The position numbers and the translations under genes were made by a program. Below the pieces are notes generated by a model. It was not told the origin of the DNA. It saw only the letters and a program-made list of their open reading frames with translations, and made no database searches. A stretch of DNA of 64,000 nt. It comes from Rebecca billardiae RCC1528 (lineage: Eukaryota > Protista > Haptophyta). The DNA is taken from the NCBI GenBank assembly GCA_965240325.2, contig OZ251233.1, positions 1,922,001 to 1,986,000 on the forward strand, read 5' to 3'. This document shows, in pieces, positions 1 through 11,298 of the stretch (positions within the stretch are counted from its first letter, which is position 1; every line of letters starts with the position of its first letter).

Positions 1-642
1 GTCTTTATATATAGTCTAAGGCTAAGAGCTATATACTGCTATAGCAGTGATTTGTGGCGGCCCCGCGGGCGGGGCCCATTGAATCGGCATTGCTGAGCCG
101 CTGAGGCAACTAGTGCGCACGGCGCATGCGCAGATGACTCGGTCGGACCGCGACTGAGCCGAGTAGTGCATCGGCTACTGATGGATGATTGCTGACGATG
201 CAGCAGGCGCAGCATGCGCCGGACTGAGTGCTGTAATCCGCCAAGTTGAAGTGCTGACAATGTATGACTGACCGGAGTCCGGAATTAATCGGGTGCCCCG
301 AAATATATATGCCGCCCCGCCGGGATGTCAATGATCATCAACTTATCAATACTATATACATATGAATGACGATGCGCCGTAAATGCGTCGGACGCGCGCG
401 GCAGTTCGCGCTGACTGATGATGCTATAGCTGCGCGTACGGATCGAATAAGTAACGACACGTAAACCGTTGCCAGGTCCTATTATTATAATACTAACGAG
501 CCGCGCAGGCGGCTGCCAGCGCGTCCGCAGCGGCGGGCCGCATGAGTGCCAGCAGCCAGCCAAGCGGCGCCACCCGCTACGCGGAGTCGCTACACGGTGC
601 CGCCAAGTGCTTCGCGGGAGAGTTCCAGGACATCACATGAAC

Positions 643-1266
643 TCACATGAAGCCCTCGCCATACTCGTCGCCCGAGTGCAGCAGCTCCTCCGCCTCCGCA
701 GCCGGGTCGACGCGCTCCTCGGCGCCTGCGAAGGGGTCTGCTGCTCCCGCCTCCATGTCGTCCGCGTACGGCTCCAGCGCATCCGGGCCCGAAGCGTCTG
801 GCGGTAGAGCTGGCCTCTTCGCCTCCTCGATCTCCTTCTTGAGGAGCAGCAGCTCCTTTGCCCGGCCCCAGTGCTTGGCGTCCTTGCGGACGGCATAAAG
901 CACGTCTTGCACGCGCAGCTTGCCCGGCCGAGTCGCAGCCTCTGCGCTGCGCTGCAGCACGTCGGCGACGAACTCGATCGTCGCGGCCTCGACGATATCC
1001 ACCGTCTTCGGCTCCGGATCGACATCCCCGCCGAAGCCGTACATCATGTCGCCCACTGAGGCGCGCGCGAGCGTTTGGGGCAGTCGCGGGTGGCGTGAGA
1101 TGTGCGCGGGTGGCGTGAGATGTGCGCGGCGATCATGGCGACGGGATCGCGGCGTGCGCGTACGCTCTGATGAGAAGAAGCGTTCTCGCCGCTTCTGGCC
1201 GACCTGCGGCTCGCAGGCATCGGATGTGCCGGCTGCCCCTTTCTCGGGTGTGTGGGCGTCAGTCAT
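643..1266 (-). CDS. TAF13: TFIID subunit TAF13 (histone-fold); join(1164..1266, 643..1055), 171 aa
   Basis: Removing a 108-nt GT..AG intron (1056-1163) gives FSSELGDMMYGFGGDVDPEPKTVDIVE...LRVQDVLYAVRKDAKHWGRAKELL, matching the TAF13 pattern (FSKEL..MMYGFGD...P...V...E; RKD..K..R.KELL). ATG at 1266, TGA at 643-645. Confidence 0.9.
   Translation of the reverse strand: MTDAHTPEKGAAGTSDACEPQVGQKRRERFFSSERTRTPRSRRHDRRAHLTPPAHISRHPRLPQTLARASVGDMMYGFGGDVDPEPKTVDIVEAATIEFVADVLQRSAEAATRPGKLRVQDVLYAVRKDAKHWGRAKELLLLKKEIEEAKRPALPPDASGPDALEPYADDMEAGAADPFAGAEERVDPAAEAEELLHSGDEYGEGFM
1056..1163 (-). other. Spliceosomal intron of TAF13 (108 nt, 3n, no in-frame stop)
   Basis: Donor GTACGC and acceptor CCTCAG on the minus strand. 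Removal restores the conserved ELxxMMYGFG motif. Contains a 20-bp tandem duplication (1086-1125). Confidence 0.85.
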
Positions 1267-1355
1267 CCTCGCGCCGCGGGCGCCGCCATCGATGGCGGGG
1301 TCGCGAGACGAGCTCAAAGCGCGCGCTGTCGAGTCGCTGACCAACGAAGAGGACG

Positions 1356-3056
1356 ATGGCGGAGGACGACGACGACGCGCCCCTCGGCTTTGAGGACATC
1401 CTGCGACTGCCTCCCCGGGAGTTCGTGGAGCGCGCCTGGGGGCATTGTGCGCATGCCGCCGCACTCTCGCCGAGCGCACTCGCGCGCTTGCGCGCTGGCT
1501 TCGCGGACGGCGACGTTCGGCAGCTGCTGGAGAGCTGCCGCACCGCAGACAACGCGCCGTACGCGAGCGACGACATGGACGCGATGGTGCACGACGTGGA
1601 GAGCGGGCGGACGCTCGATCTGCCGTACTGCTTCTCCGACGGAGCGCGCGAGCTCGAGGCGGCGTTCCTTCTCGCCCTGCGCTCTGCCGTCCACGGGAGT
1701 GCGCTGTGCGATCTCGAGATCGGGTGCTACATCTCTCGCGCACCGCGCGGATCGGTGGCCGAGTGGCACCGCGACGAGAACCACAACGTCACCATCCAGC
1801 TCTTCGGCACGAAGGACTGGCACGTGCTCCCTGCCGACGACCCGCGCGCCGAGGGCTCGTGCGGCATGTTCGATGCGCCACGCTCGCGCGCCGAGCAGCT
1901 CGGGCGCGACCCGCCTGCCGCGGGCACGGCGGGCGGGCGCGCGGGCGGTGCGGTCGCGTGCCACTCCCTCGCGCCGGGCTCGGTGCTTTACCTGCCGCCC
2001 GGGCACTGGCACCGGGTCGTGCCCGTCGCGGGGCTGAGCATCTCCGTCAACGTGCGCATCGGCAGCGTCTCGCACGCGCGCTGGCTGTGCGAGGCCCTGT
2101 ACGTCTCGCTTGCGGCCGCGGCGCTGAGCGCCACCCACGCGCAGCACCGTCTCGCACGGCGGAGCATGCAGCCGCTCGGCGCGCGCTGCGAGGCAGGCGT
2201 GGCACCTGGGGCCTCGGCGCTCGCGCGCAGCGTCGGCCCGCACGTCGGCGCGCTCGTGCAGCGCGCGCAGCCGCTGCGCCCGCTGCTCTGCGAGCCGGAC
2301 GAGTCGGACGGGCTCGAGCGCGCGGCCACGCTCGGCTGGTTGTGCGAGCACACGCCCGCGCTTGGGGCGAGTGGGATGGACGAGGGCGAGGCGGTGTACG
2401 TCAACCCGGCCGTGGCGATCACGCTCAAGGTGCGCGACGTGCGCACGCTCGTCGTCCAGCTCTCGAGCGTCTCGTCGCTCTCCGGCCACGAGCGCCTCCG
2501 GTTCGCCATCCTTGTCGAGCCGCCGTGCGCTCAGAGCGGCGCGGCAGGGCGCAGCGCGGCCGTGGACTTGGGATGGGCCGCGGCGCTGCGCATGGCACTC
2601 GCGCGGCTCGTCGAGGACGGCGCGGCGAATGTCGGCGCGCTGCTGCCACTCGTGGGCGGCGAGGAGGTGCCCGCGACCGCGGAGGCACTCCTGCGCGTGC
2701 TGATGCACGCAAGGGTCGTCGTCAGCCTCGAGCACGACGGCGATGACGACGGCGCGCCTGATGGCCTCGGCGAGCCACTCGGCGCTGATGGTCGAGGTGC
2801 GCCGGCCTCCGACGAGACCGAGGGCCAGACGAGGCGGCATGCTGGGCGGTCACCGCCCAAGGAGGCCACGAGGGGCGGGCGCTCGCGCAAGCGCCCGCCT
2901 GCTGCTCGTCCGCCTACGGCCGCCGCCGGCGACGATGCTGATGATCGAGTCGTAAGCTACTTTACTGCAGCTCGCTTCTATTCGGCGATGGGTGCGCCCC
3001 CGCGGGTGCGTGCTCGGCGGGCAGGCGGACGCTTCGAGAGGGCGCGCGATGGCTGA
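1356..3056 (+). CDS. JmjC/cupin 2-oxoglutarate Fe(II) dioxygenase (ROXA/YcfD/NO66-like)
   Basis: Facial triad H-x-D (WHRD, 1764-1775) and distal His (LYLPPGHWH, His 2010-2012). TIQLFGTKDW supplies the 2OG-binding Lys. N-terminal F..R.W motif as in ribosomal oxygenases. The 3' end may be altered by an intron near 2952 (GTAAGC). Confidence 0.8.
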   Translation: MAEDDDDAPLGFEDILRLPPREFVERAWGHCAHAAALSPSALARLRAGFADGDVRQLLESCRTADNAPYASDDMDAMVHDVESGRTLDLPYCFSDGARELEAAFLLALRSAVHGSALCDLEIGCYISRAPRGSVAEWHRDENHNVTIQLFGTKDWHVLPADDPRAEGSCGMFDAPRSRAEQLGRDPPAAGTAGGRAGGAVACHSLAPGSVLYLPPGHWHRVVPVAGLSISVNVRIGSVSHARWLCEALYVSLAAAALSATHAQHRLARRSMQPLGARCEAGVAPGASALARSVGPHVGALVQRAQPLRPLLCEPDESDGLERAATLGWLCEHTPALGASGMDEGEAVYVNPAVAITLKVRDVRTLVVQLSSVSSLSGHERLRFAILVEPPCAQSGAAGRSAAVDLGWAAALRMALARLVEDGAANVGALLPLVGGEEVPATAEALLRVLMHARVVVSLEHDGDDDGAPDGLGEPLGADGRGAPASDETEGQTRRHAGRSPPKEATRGGRSRKRPPAARPPTAAAGDDADDRVVSYFTAARFYSAMGAPPRVRARRAGGRFERARDG

Positions 3057-3419
3057 GAGACATCTTCGTGAGCAGCGCAAGCGCGTACGCGACCGCCCGG
3101 GGAGCACGGGGCAGGCTCGACCAGCTGCTATTACAAGCGCGGCTGCCGCTGAGACTGCCAGCAGCCCAGCTGCTGACCGGATCCGATCGATTCCGGACCT
3201 GCACCATCGCCCTCGCTCGGGGCACAAGTGCGCTAGCAATATATATATATAGATATTGTCGCGTCGTCATCGCGTCATCACCGTCATCATCGGGTCATCA
3301 GCAGTAGCGCGCTTCAGCGCCGCCGCCGGCCCGCCGCTGATGATGCCGTGCGTAGCTACAAGGCGCGGGGCGTCGCGCACTCCGTCGCGTCTGGGTCAGG
3401 GTGGGCCGCGCTGGCCCGG

Positions 3420-6400
3420 TCAGGTGTCCAAAGAACCTCGGCGGAGCTGCTGGATACCGCTTCGCGGGGAGGCACGCGCTGTGCCCGAGCCGCGGGTGAA
3501 TCGGCCGGGGCCGCCTCCGCCCTGCGGCGGCCGGGACGGGCCGGCGCCGCCCTCCTCCTCGTCTGCGCCCAGCAGCGAGTCGGCCGCGTCTTCCGCCGGC
3601 TGCTGCGGCTGCCGCCCAAAGCGCTCGATGATGCCCGGCGCCTTCTTGGGCCGGCGCACGTTGGGCGGCATCGCCCTGCCCTCGGGCAGCGGCGGCGGCG
3701 CGGGCCCCTGCCCGCCGCGCGGCGTGCCCGCGCCTGACCTGCCCTCCTCCAGCTCCACGCCGCGCGGCGTCACCACGTTGGCCGAGTACACATTGGCAGA
3801 ATACATCGTGCCGTCGTCGTACGCCGGCTCCGGTCGCGGCGGCGGCAGTCGGGGCACATTGGGCCCGCGGTAGGTGCCCGCGTCGCGTGCGGATTCGAGG
3901 CCGTCGAACGAGCGCGCCGAGTCCGGGCCGCCGCGCGTCGTCTCGAGCCCGTCGAACGAGCGCGCCGTGTCCGGCCCGCCGCGCGTCGTCTCGAGCCCGT
4001 CGAACGAGCGCGCGGTGTCGGAGCCCCCGGAGCCCGCGCTGCCGCCGGGGGCGCCGGCGACATCGTCGGCAAAGCGCGGCTGCCTGCTCGCGCGCGACTT
4101 GCGCGCGCCGCGGCCGGCGATCTCCGCGGTCTCCTGCCCGCCGAAGCACACGCCGCGCCGCGTGGGCAGGTCGCTCGGCTCGGCGATGTTGCCGCCCACG
4201 TCGCACAGCTCGCTGTCCCCGAACGTGAGGCCTGGCCTGGGCTGCGGCTGCGCTGAGAAGCGCGAAGTTCGGAGGCAGCTCTTGGACGGCTCGGCGGTCG
4301 CGCCGCCGCCCTTGCCCCAGAGCGAGGGGATGGGCAGCTGCACCGCCCCGTCGTCCCCGTCCTCCTCCTCCTCCTCCTCCGACTCGTCCTCCTCGTCCTC
4401 CTCCTCCGAGCTCTCCTCCTCCTCCTCCTTGTCGATCAGCTGGTCCTCGTCGTCCTCGTCGTCGTCGTCGAATGTTTCCTCCTCCGCGTTGATGCACCAC
4501 GCGCGGAGGCACAGCACGCCGATCACGCAGATGCAGATGCACACGGCGATGAGCAGGCCGATGACCGCGCCCGACTCGTAGAACTCCTTGAGCACCAGGT
4601 CGATCAGCGAGGGCGGCGTCTCCAGCTCCACCGCAGACGCCTCGCCGCCCTCGGGCGACGGCGGGTCCGAGGGAGGCAGCGGCGGCGCCGGCGGCGAGGG
4701 CGGCGGGCGCGGCGAGGCGACGACCAAAACTCTCTCGATGTTGAACGCGTAGTTCATCTTGTACGTCAGGCCGAAGGGCCCGAGCTCGCGCACCGCGTCG
4801 ATCTTCTGGCTGATGCTCGACGCGGTCACGTAGTCCGGGACGAACACTCGCACGAGCAGGACCACGGAGCCCGCGCTCCGCTCGAGCACGAACACATACT
4901 TGGTGTCGAGCTCGAGCGCCTCCGAGAGCTTCCGCCGGAAGAACATTTCGTCAAAGGTCTCGAGGTCGCCGGCGACGGTGAGCTGGATGTCGCTGTACGC
5001 GCCCGGCGGGGAGGGCGGCGGCGGGGAGGGCGGCGGGAGCGGCGGCGGCGGCGCGGGCGGCGGCGAGGGCGGCGGCAGCGGCGGCGGCGGCGAGGGCGGC
5101 GGGCTGGGCGGCGGCGAGGGCGGCGGCGGCGGCGGCGACGGGCTGGGCGGAGGCGGCGGCGGCGAGGGCGGCGGGCTCGGTGGCGGGCTGGGCGGTGGGC
5201 TGGGCGGCGGGCTGGGCGGCGGGCTCGGCGGCGGGGAGGGCGGCGGGCTCGGCGGCGGGGAGGGCGGCGGGCTCGGCGGTGGGCTGGGCGGCGGCGAGGG
5301 CGGCGGGCTGGGCGGCGGCGAGGGTGGCGGGCTGGGCGGCGGCGTCGGCGGCGGGCTGGGCGGCGGGCTGGGCGGCGGCGAGGGCGGCGGGCTCGGTGGC
5401 GGCGAGGGCGGCGGGCTCGGCGGCGGGCTCGGCGGCGGGCTCGGCGGCGGGTTTGGCGGCGGGCTCGGCGGCGGGCTCGGCGGCGGGCTCGGCGGCGGGT
5501 TGGGCGGCGGCGAAGGCGGCGGGCTGGGTGGCGGGCTGGGCGGAGGCGAGGGCGGTGGCGGCGAGGGCGGCGGGCTGGGCGGCGGGCTCGGCGGCGGGCT
5601 CGGTGGCGGTGGGGAGGGGGGCGGGCTGGGCGGCGGGCTGGGCGGCGGGCTGGGCGGCGGGCTGGGCGGCGGGCTCGGCGGCGGCGGGCTCGGCGGCGGG
5701 CTCGGCGGCGGCGGGCTCGGCGGCGGCGACGGCGGCGGGCTCGGCGGCGGCGGCGGGCTGGGCGGGCTCGGCGGAGGCGAGAGGAAGCGATAGTACGGGG
5801 CAGAGGCCCACGCGCCTTCGCCGCCCGCGCTGATCGCGCGGATCGAGACGGTGTAGTTCACGCCCGGCAGCGCGCCGCTGCACACCGCGCCGTCGAACGG
5901 CGGCGTCGAGCCCAGGTAGTCCGGGCAGTGCAGCGAGCCGTGAGGCCACACCTTGAACTCATACTTGCTGATTGCGGCGTTGCCCAGGATCTCAAAGGCG
6001 TCGGCCGAGCGGGCGGGCGCGTCCCAGAGCACGCGCATGCCGCGGTCGGGCTTGGGCGCGATGTTGTCCTCCACCGCGACGATCGTCGGCGCCCCCCACG
6101 CCGTGAGCACCGGCGCCTCGGGCGAGGGGAAAGATGCGTTCTTCTCGTAGCACTCGGGCGTGTCGCCTGTCGGATCCCCGACCCAGCCGGTGGCGCCGCC
6201 GGAGCACTGCACGGCGCCGATGCCCCAGAGGCCGTCGTCGTCGTCGCAGAGGATCTTGCAGTTCGTGCCCGGCGCCGAGACGATCGAGCACGTCGAGCCC
6301 GCCACGCCGTGCACCTGCAGCCCGCCCAGCCCGCTGTTGGTGCTGATCGGCGCGTCGGGGCGCGCGCACGGGCGCGTGGCCGTGCACTGGAAGTTGCCGC

Positions 6401-7486
6401 GCCACACGCCGTCGTGGCAGATCAGCTCGGACGAGGGGTACAGGCCTGTCTCGCAGCTCACCAGGCAGAACGTCCCGCTGAACGACCCCGCGCACGCCTG
6501 CAGCTCCGACGCCACCGCGCCCGACACCACCGGCGCCTCGAGGCACTCGCTGCCGCCGTCGGGCACGCTGAGTGGGAACAGCGACGCGTTGACGACACCC
6601 CCGTCGGAGACGCCCATGTTGCAGGGCATCAGCGCGGGGGCGGGGTCCTTGAGGCCGAAGCCCACGGTGCACGGCGTGTTGACTGCCGGCAGGCACGCCG
6701 CGGCGGGCGCGGCGGGGCGGGCGCGCGTGAGCCGGGGCGCCGCGGTCGCGCCATGCCGCGCTGCGGCCGCGGCGCGCGCGCCGCGCGGTCGCATCGCCCC
6801 GCGCCGCGCGCCGCGCGCGCACAGTGACACGAGTCCGTCGCGGGGCGCAGGCGGTTCGTGGCGCCGGTGAGCCAGACGCGGTAGGCGCCGGCCTGCACGC
6901 CGATCGTCGTCGCGTAGTACCACGTCTTGATCGGCACCTCGTACCCGCCGACGTCCTCGTTGAACGCGCAGTTCTGGGCGCTCTTCGCGCCCGTGATCGG
7001 CTTCACCCAGTGGCCCAGCCCGTCGGTGATGGGCACCTGGCGTGAGGTGCCGGTCCACGGGCGGTAGCACGAGATGGTGTGCTCGGAGCTCACGATGTAC
7101 CCCAGGTCGTCGTGGCCCGGCACCAGCTTGGTCGAGCACGCCTGCGACGCTTCACCCCACGGCTTGGCGGACACGAGCGAGTCGCGATACTGGTTGCGGT
7201 TCCACGGGGTGGGCATCTCGCCGCCGTCGCACGAGCCGTTGATCGGCACGGTGATGTCCACGTGATGCGGTGGGCTGATCACCACGCTCACCCCCGTGTC
7301 CTCCACCGGCAGGAAGTACGAGCCAAAGAACCACGTGACGATCGATGGGAAGTCCACATGCGTCGCCGTGCACACCGCGACGACGTGGCCGTACTCCGCG
7401 CGCGCGCCGCCCGTCGCGCACGCAGCGACGAGCAGCGCGCGCAGCAGCGCGCTCGGCCGCATCGAGCGTCCGTGCACCCACGCCAT
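3420..7486 (-). CDS. Single-pass cell-surface glycoprotein: signal peptide, Cys-rich head, 2 sushi-like modules, FN3, SPPP stalk, SEA-like domain, TM, acidic/repeat tail; join(6823..7486, 3420..6682), ~1308 aa
   Basis: Two ORFs (6629..7663 and 3420..7139) join in frame through a 140-nt GTGCGC..GCAG intron (6683-6822). Signal-like LLRALLVAACATGGARA. FN3-like RVLWDAP...PGVNYTVSIRAISAGGEG. SEA-type AGSVVLLV (4860-4871). TM AVIGLLIAVCICICVIGVLCL. Confidence 0.8.
5005..5778 (-). repeat. Coding (Ser-Pro3/4)n extensin-like repeat of the single-pass surface protein
   Basis: Continuous GGC/GGG-rich repeats on the + strand encoding SPPP/SPPPP on the - strand. Confidence 0.95.
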
Positions 7487-8049
7487 GGCCCACACGCGCC
7501 GCCCGAAAGCCGCGACTGGCTGGGCAGGCGGCGGCTGCGGCCCAGGTTTATCTAGTGGACAGCTGGGAGAACCTGCCTGCTGGCGCAGCAGCGGCAAGTC
7601 CTGCGCCGGCTGCTTGCCGAGCGAGCGCGGGCGAGTGGCCGTGAGCCGCCCTCGTTGCTCCAATAATGATTGGGCGCCAATTTTCGGCTGTTTCGCCTAT
7701 TCGGTTTCGCCCGGCTGTCCGGACCAATCTCGAAGGCCCTGATGCCGTGAATGCATGGCCGCGTGATTGACGTGGCCGAGTGGCTTATCCCAATCCTGTG
7801 ATGCGATAATCAACGCGGGCGCGCTGAATGCCATCGATGCGATGCAAAAGCTAAATGGCGATCTAACCACCTTCGCCAATCTTGTTGGCGATGATTGTAT
7901 GCCCTTTACCCACCCAACCCAAAAATACGCCCCGCTTGGCAACCGTGCGTCCGGCGTCCGCCGCGTTGCTGCGGTTTATCTCGAGCCCGAGCTCGTCACG
8001 CATCATCGCCCAGCTAGTTTTTCGTGCCCTGTTGGTAGCCCGGGCCCCA
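7487..8049. promoter_or_regulatory. Probable bidirectional promoter between the two paralogous surface-protein genes
   Basis: 563-bp, comparatively AT-rich interval between divergent ATGs (7486 and 8050), with several CCAAT/ATTGG words (e.g. CCAATAATGATTGG near 7660-7673). Confidence 0.5.
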
Positions 8050-9161
8050 ATGGCGCGCCTGCGGCCCTCGGATGGCACGCGCCGACCGGCGCTCGCGCGG
8101 CCGCTCGCGCTGCTCGCGCTTGCGCTGCCGCTTGTGCGGGCGCACTTGTCGTCCTTCTGCTCGGCGACCAGCCCCGACGCGCCGGGCGTCGTCACGTGGT
8201 TCCTTGGGACATACCACGGTCACCCCGACTACACGCCGGGGCGGATGCACGTCGTCCCGCCCGACGGCCAGCCGTTTGACTTCAACTTTGACAACTGGTG
8301 CGACGCGGGGTACACGGACCTGATCGAGGACTACGATGCGTACGTCCGCTCGCTCCTGTACGCCGCGCCGTACGGGTCGTCCTCCCTCGCGTGCTCGACC
8401 AAGACGGTGCCGGGCAACGCGCAGCTCGGCGAGATCGTGTCCGAGAACCACTTCATCACGTGCTACACGGAGTGGGACGACGGCACGGCGCCGGCCGACG
8501 GCGGTCTGGGCACGTGGGTGCGCCCAACCGACACCGCCCCGGGCGTCTCGCAGAACTGCGGCTTCTCCCGCTTCAAGATCACGTGGGGGTATTACTCCAA
8601 CTGGTACAACCAGCCGGTTGACATGGTCACGTGGTACTACAACTCGTTCGTCGGCTTCAAGGCGGGCGTGTACCAGATCTGGACGGAGGACTACGACGAC
8701 AAGCTCCGCTCGGCCGACGAGTACTGCTCCACCTGCACCCAGTCCGAGCCGATGACGAGCGACCCGCTCAAGTACCCGTGCCGCATGGGCTACGAGGTGA
8801 GCCAGGGAGACACGGCGCCCAAGCCGATCCTGATTGGCGCGAGCGTGGCCGACGGCGGCGCGGAGTGCACGAGCGCGCCGTCGGTGCCCAACGTGCAGCC
8901 CAGCTCGATCGCCGACTGCGTCAACGTCTTCTCAGGCTTCTTCTGCCCGGCGAGCTGCCTGAGCGGCTACCAGCAGGTCGGCGAGCTCAAGTGCGAGGAC
9001 GGCGTCTGGAGCCCTGACTTTGCCTGCACGACTGACGCGCTGTGCACGCGGCCCGTGCCCTCGGACGCGTCGTGCCCGTCGTTCGACTTCTTCCTCTGCA
9101 CGCAGGAGGCGGCCGAAGCCCGCCTCAGCGGCGGCGGCGGCGGCGGCGGCGACGATGACGA

Positions 9162-9203
<42 letters not shown>

Positions 9204-10549
9204 CGGCGACCGGCGGCGGCGCCGGCTGAGCGCCGCCGGCGCGCGCGGCAAGAACAGCACGGCCTCCGGCGCTGTGCCAAGCCGCCGCCGCCTCGCCCCG
9301 GGGGACAAGGACGCCGGCACGGGCGGGGGCAAGACACAGGTCGAGGAGTACTGCCCGCGGTGCAAGTACGGCGGCCTGTGCGACGGCTGCTGCTCCCGGC
9401 GCAACGCGGACAACTCCGACACCGGCTGCTACCCCTGGAGGTTCAACGAGTGCATGCGGCGCAAGCGCGCGCGCGACGACTACATCTGGTGCGGCAACTA
9501 CGAGCCGCCCACGCCCGAGGACGAGGTGGACGAGGGCCTCACGTGCGAGCAGGCCAAGACGGAGAACTACGGGTACATCTACCTCACGCCGTGGCAGGGC
9601 ACGCTCGACCTCGTCGTCGATCTGTCGTTCTCGGCCGTGACCGCGTTCGATTGGGTGAACGCCGATCTCGAGGAGGAGATCGACGGCGTGTACTACATCA
9701 CGACGCGGGCCGGCGAGTACGAGTTCGTGCGCTTCACCGCGTCGGCCGAGCCCGTGCAGCCGCGCGTGTACTGCGCCGACATGATCACCCCGCGCCTCGT
9801 CGGCGTCACACAGAACGACGAGGGCGAGATGTGCACGATGATCAACCGCGAGGGCAAGGTGTGCGGCGTGGCGTGCTCGGCCGAGGAGGGCGAGTGGGGC
9901 TCGGGCGAGGTGGTGTGCGGGCCGGACGGCGTGTGGCGCGTGCGCCCGACCAACCCGGCCACCTGCCACAAGCTGGAGGAGGACCACAAGCCCAACCCGC
10001 CCGTGCTCGACCTGATCACAGCCAACCCGGAGGGGTCGGGCACGCGCGTGTTCTGGACGGCGCCGACGACCGACGGGACGGCGCGCTCGGCCGTCTCGCA
10101 GTACACGTTCGAGATCGGCCCGGCGAACGGGCTGGTGTGCCCGCTGTTCATCGGCGCGCAGCCGCCCGCCGCCGGCCTCGTCTGCTCCGGCTCGCAGCCC
10201 GGCGTCACGTACACCGTGTGCGTGCGCGCGCACAACGCCAAGGGAGTGTCCGCCTGCTCCAACACGCTCACGTACACGCGCTCGCACTCGCCGCCGCCGC
10301 CGAGCCCGAGCCCGCCGCCGCGGCCGTTCTCGCCGCCGCCGAGCCCGGCGCCGCCGCCGAGCCCGCCGCCGCCGCCGCCAAGCCCGCGCCCGCCGCCGCC
10401 GCCGCCGAGCCCCAGCCCGCCGCCGCCGCCGAGCCCGTCGCCGCCGCCGCCGAGCCCGCGGCCGCCGCCGCCGCCCAGCCCGCCGCCGCCGAGCCTGCCG
10501 CCGCGCCCGCCGCCACCGCCGCCGCCCAGCCCGCCGCCACCGCCACCGC

Positions 10550-10599
<50 letters not shown>

Positions 10600-10605
10600 C
10601 CGCCG

Positions 10606-10638
<33 letters not shown>

Positions 10639-10644
10639 CCGCCG

Positions 10645-10687
<43 letters not shown>

Positions 10688-10989
10688 CGCCCCGCCCGCC
10701 GCCGCCGCCGCCGCCGAGCCCGCCGCCGCCGCGCCCGCCGCCGCCGAGCCCGCAGCCGCCGCCGCCGCCGAGCCCGCCGCCGCCGCCGCCGCCGAGCCCG
10801 CCGCCGCCGAGCCCGCCGCCCTCGCCCCCGCCGCCGACCGGCTGCGGCGACCCGCTCGCGGACAACTACGACTCGAACGTTGTGGTGAACGTGCCGACCG
10901 CGTGCCAGTACCACGGCTGCACTGACCCGGCTGCGTTCAACTACGACTCGACGGCGACGGAGGGCGGCGGCGTGCTCTGCCACTACTCG

Positions 10990-11026
<37 letters not shown>

Positions 11027-11187
11027 CGCCGCCGCCGAGCCCGCCGCCGCCGAACCCGCCGCCGCCGCCGCCGCCCAGCCCGCCGCCGCCGCCGCCGCCG
11101 AGCCCGCCGCCGCCGCCGCCGCCGAGCCCGCCGCCGCCGCCGCCGCCGAGCCCACCGCCGCCGCCGCCGCCGAGCCCGCCGCCGCCG

Positions 11188-11220
<33 letters not shown>

Positions 11221-11265
11221 CCGCCGAGCCCGCCGCCGCCGCCGCCGCCGAGCCCGCCGCCGCCC

Positions 11266-11298
<33 letters not shown>

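Noticed and set aside
7882-8049. Upstream extension of the giant ORF (also 38306, 49958, 59938 and 1743 for other genes)
   Set aside because: These are non-ATG or upstream starts from the ORF finder. Downstream ATGs place signal peptides or conserved N-termini correctly.
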